From: Ascidiella aspersa
Lineage: Eukaryota
Length of the DNA: 64,000 nucleotides
Assembly: GCA_963924565.1 (NCBI GenBank)
Contig: OZ004607.1
Span: 7,502,001-7,566,000 of the forward strand
Reading direction: 5' to 3'
The notes below the pieces were generated by a model, which worked only from the letters and a program-made list of their open reading frames with translations, had not been told where the DNA came from and made no database searches. The position numbers and the translations under genes are program-made. Positions within the stretch are counted from its first letter, which is position 1. Every line of letters begins with the position of its first letter. Below, piece after piece: positions 63,601 to 64,000 of the stretch.

Positions 63601-63765
63601 AGCCATACTGAAGGCTAATTTTGTAAAACAACAAAGAGCTAAGCCATTCATGTTTTTTATCCTCAGTCGACTATAGATTTTGCACCCAAAACTATGCGCC
63701 AATACTCCTGTCGGCCAATCTGGAAAGAAGGCTTCCAGCAAATCAAGGTTCCCCACAGTTTCCAG
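60622..63765 (+). CDS. PRKD: Protein kinase D, N-terminal part (ULD, C1a, start of C1b); continues beyond the right edge
   Basis: Exons 60622-60834, 61189-61330, 62203-62334, 63030-63163, 63667-63765. Motifs [72 protein letters not shown]...KVPHSF. Confidence 0.92.
61376..61778. mobile_element. hAT-like MITE with GTCAAAA repeats in a PRKD intron
   Basis: TIR TAGGGCGAATATTTTTTGAC / GTCAAAAAATATTCGCTCCTA with perfect TSD ATTATAAT. Confidence 0.85.
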
Positions 63766-64000
63766 GTAAGGCTGTCACTTTGTTGCACCAGTGTTTGACA
63801 TGTTGCCAAAGAATTGATCTGCCAAGCAAATCGAACACTTTGTACAACAAAAGTAAGGTGTTGTTGGCTTTATTCTGTGGGCTGGTGTCTAGGTCAAAAA
63901 GTTATTTGCACAAAAAGTGATGATTTAAATGCCATTCAAGCTCGAAAATAGTTTTAAACTCTCCTTTCACACCATTTTTTAATAACCCTAACTAGTGAAT

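Noticed and set aside
49164-63765. TRMT10A, TSSK and PRKD as tailoring genes of a biosynthetic cluster
   Set aside because: These are ordinary tRNA-modification and signalling genes with no known link to acyl-chain release.

Overview
AT-rich, intron-rich animal genomic DNA. An invertebrate, possibly an ascidian, is my guess from sequence style only. The left 47 kb is an expanded locus of type I fatty-acid-synthase-like megasynthase genes. Copy A (minus strand, ATG 13228, KS-AT exons 1-12 visible, runs off the left edge) and copy B (plus strand, 21263-46804) sit head to head. By hand reconstruction, copy B has 35 exons and 6477 nt of CDS (2158 aa) with domains KS-AT-DH-pseudoMT-pseudoKR-ER-KR-ACP. 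All its catalytic motifs look intact, but it stops right after the ACP and has no thioesterase. Between A and B lie rearranged pseudogene fragments of the 3' half of at least one more paralog. The A/B amino-acid differences concentrate in KS substrate-pocket segments. To the right are TRMT10A (+), an intronless testis-specific Ser/Thr kinase (TSSK family, -) and the 5' part of protein kinase D (+). Introns hold many MITE-like elements with 8-bp target-site duplications, a tRNA-related repeat, a probable solo LTR and a perfect 166-bp palindrome.
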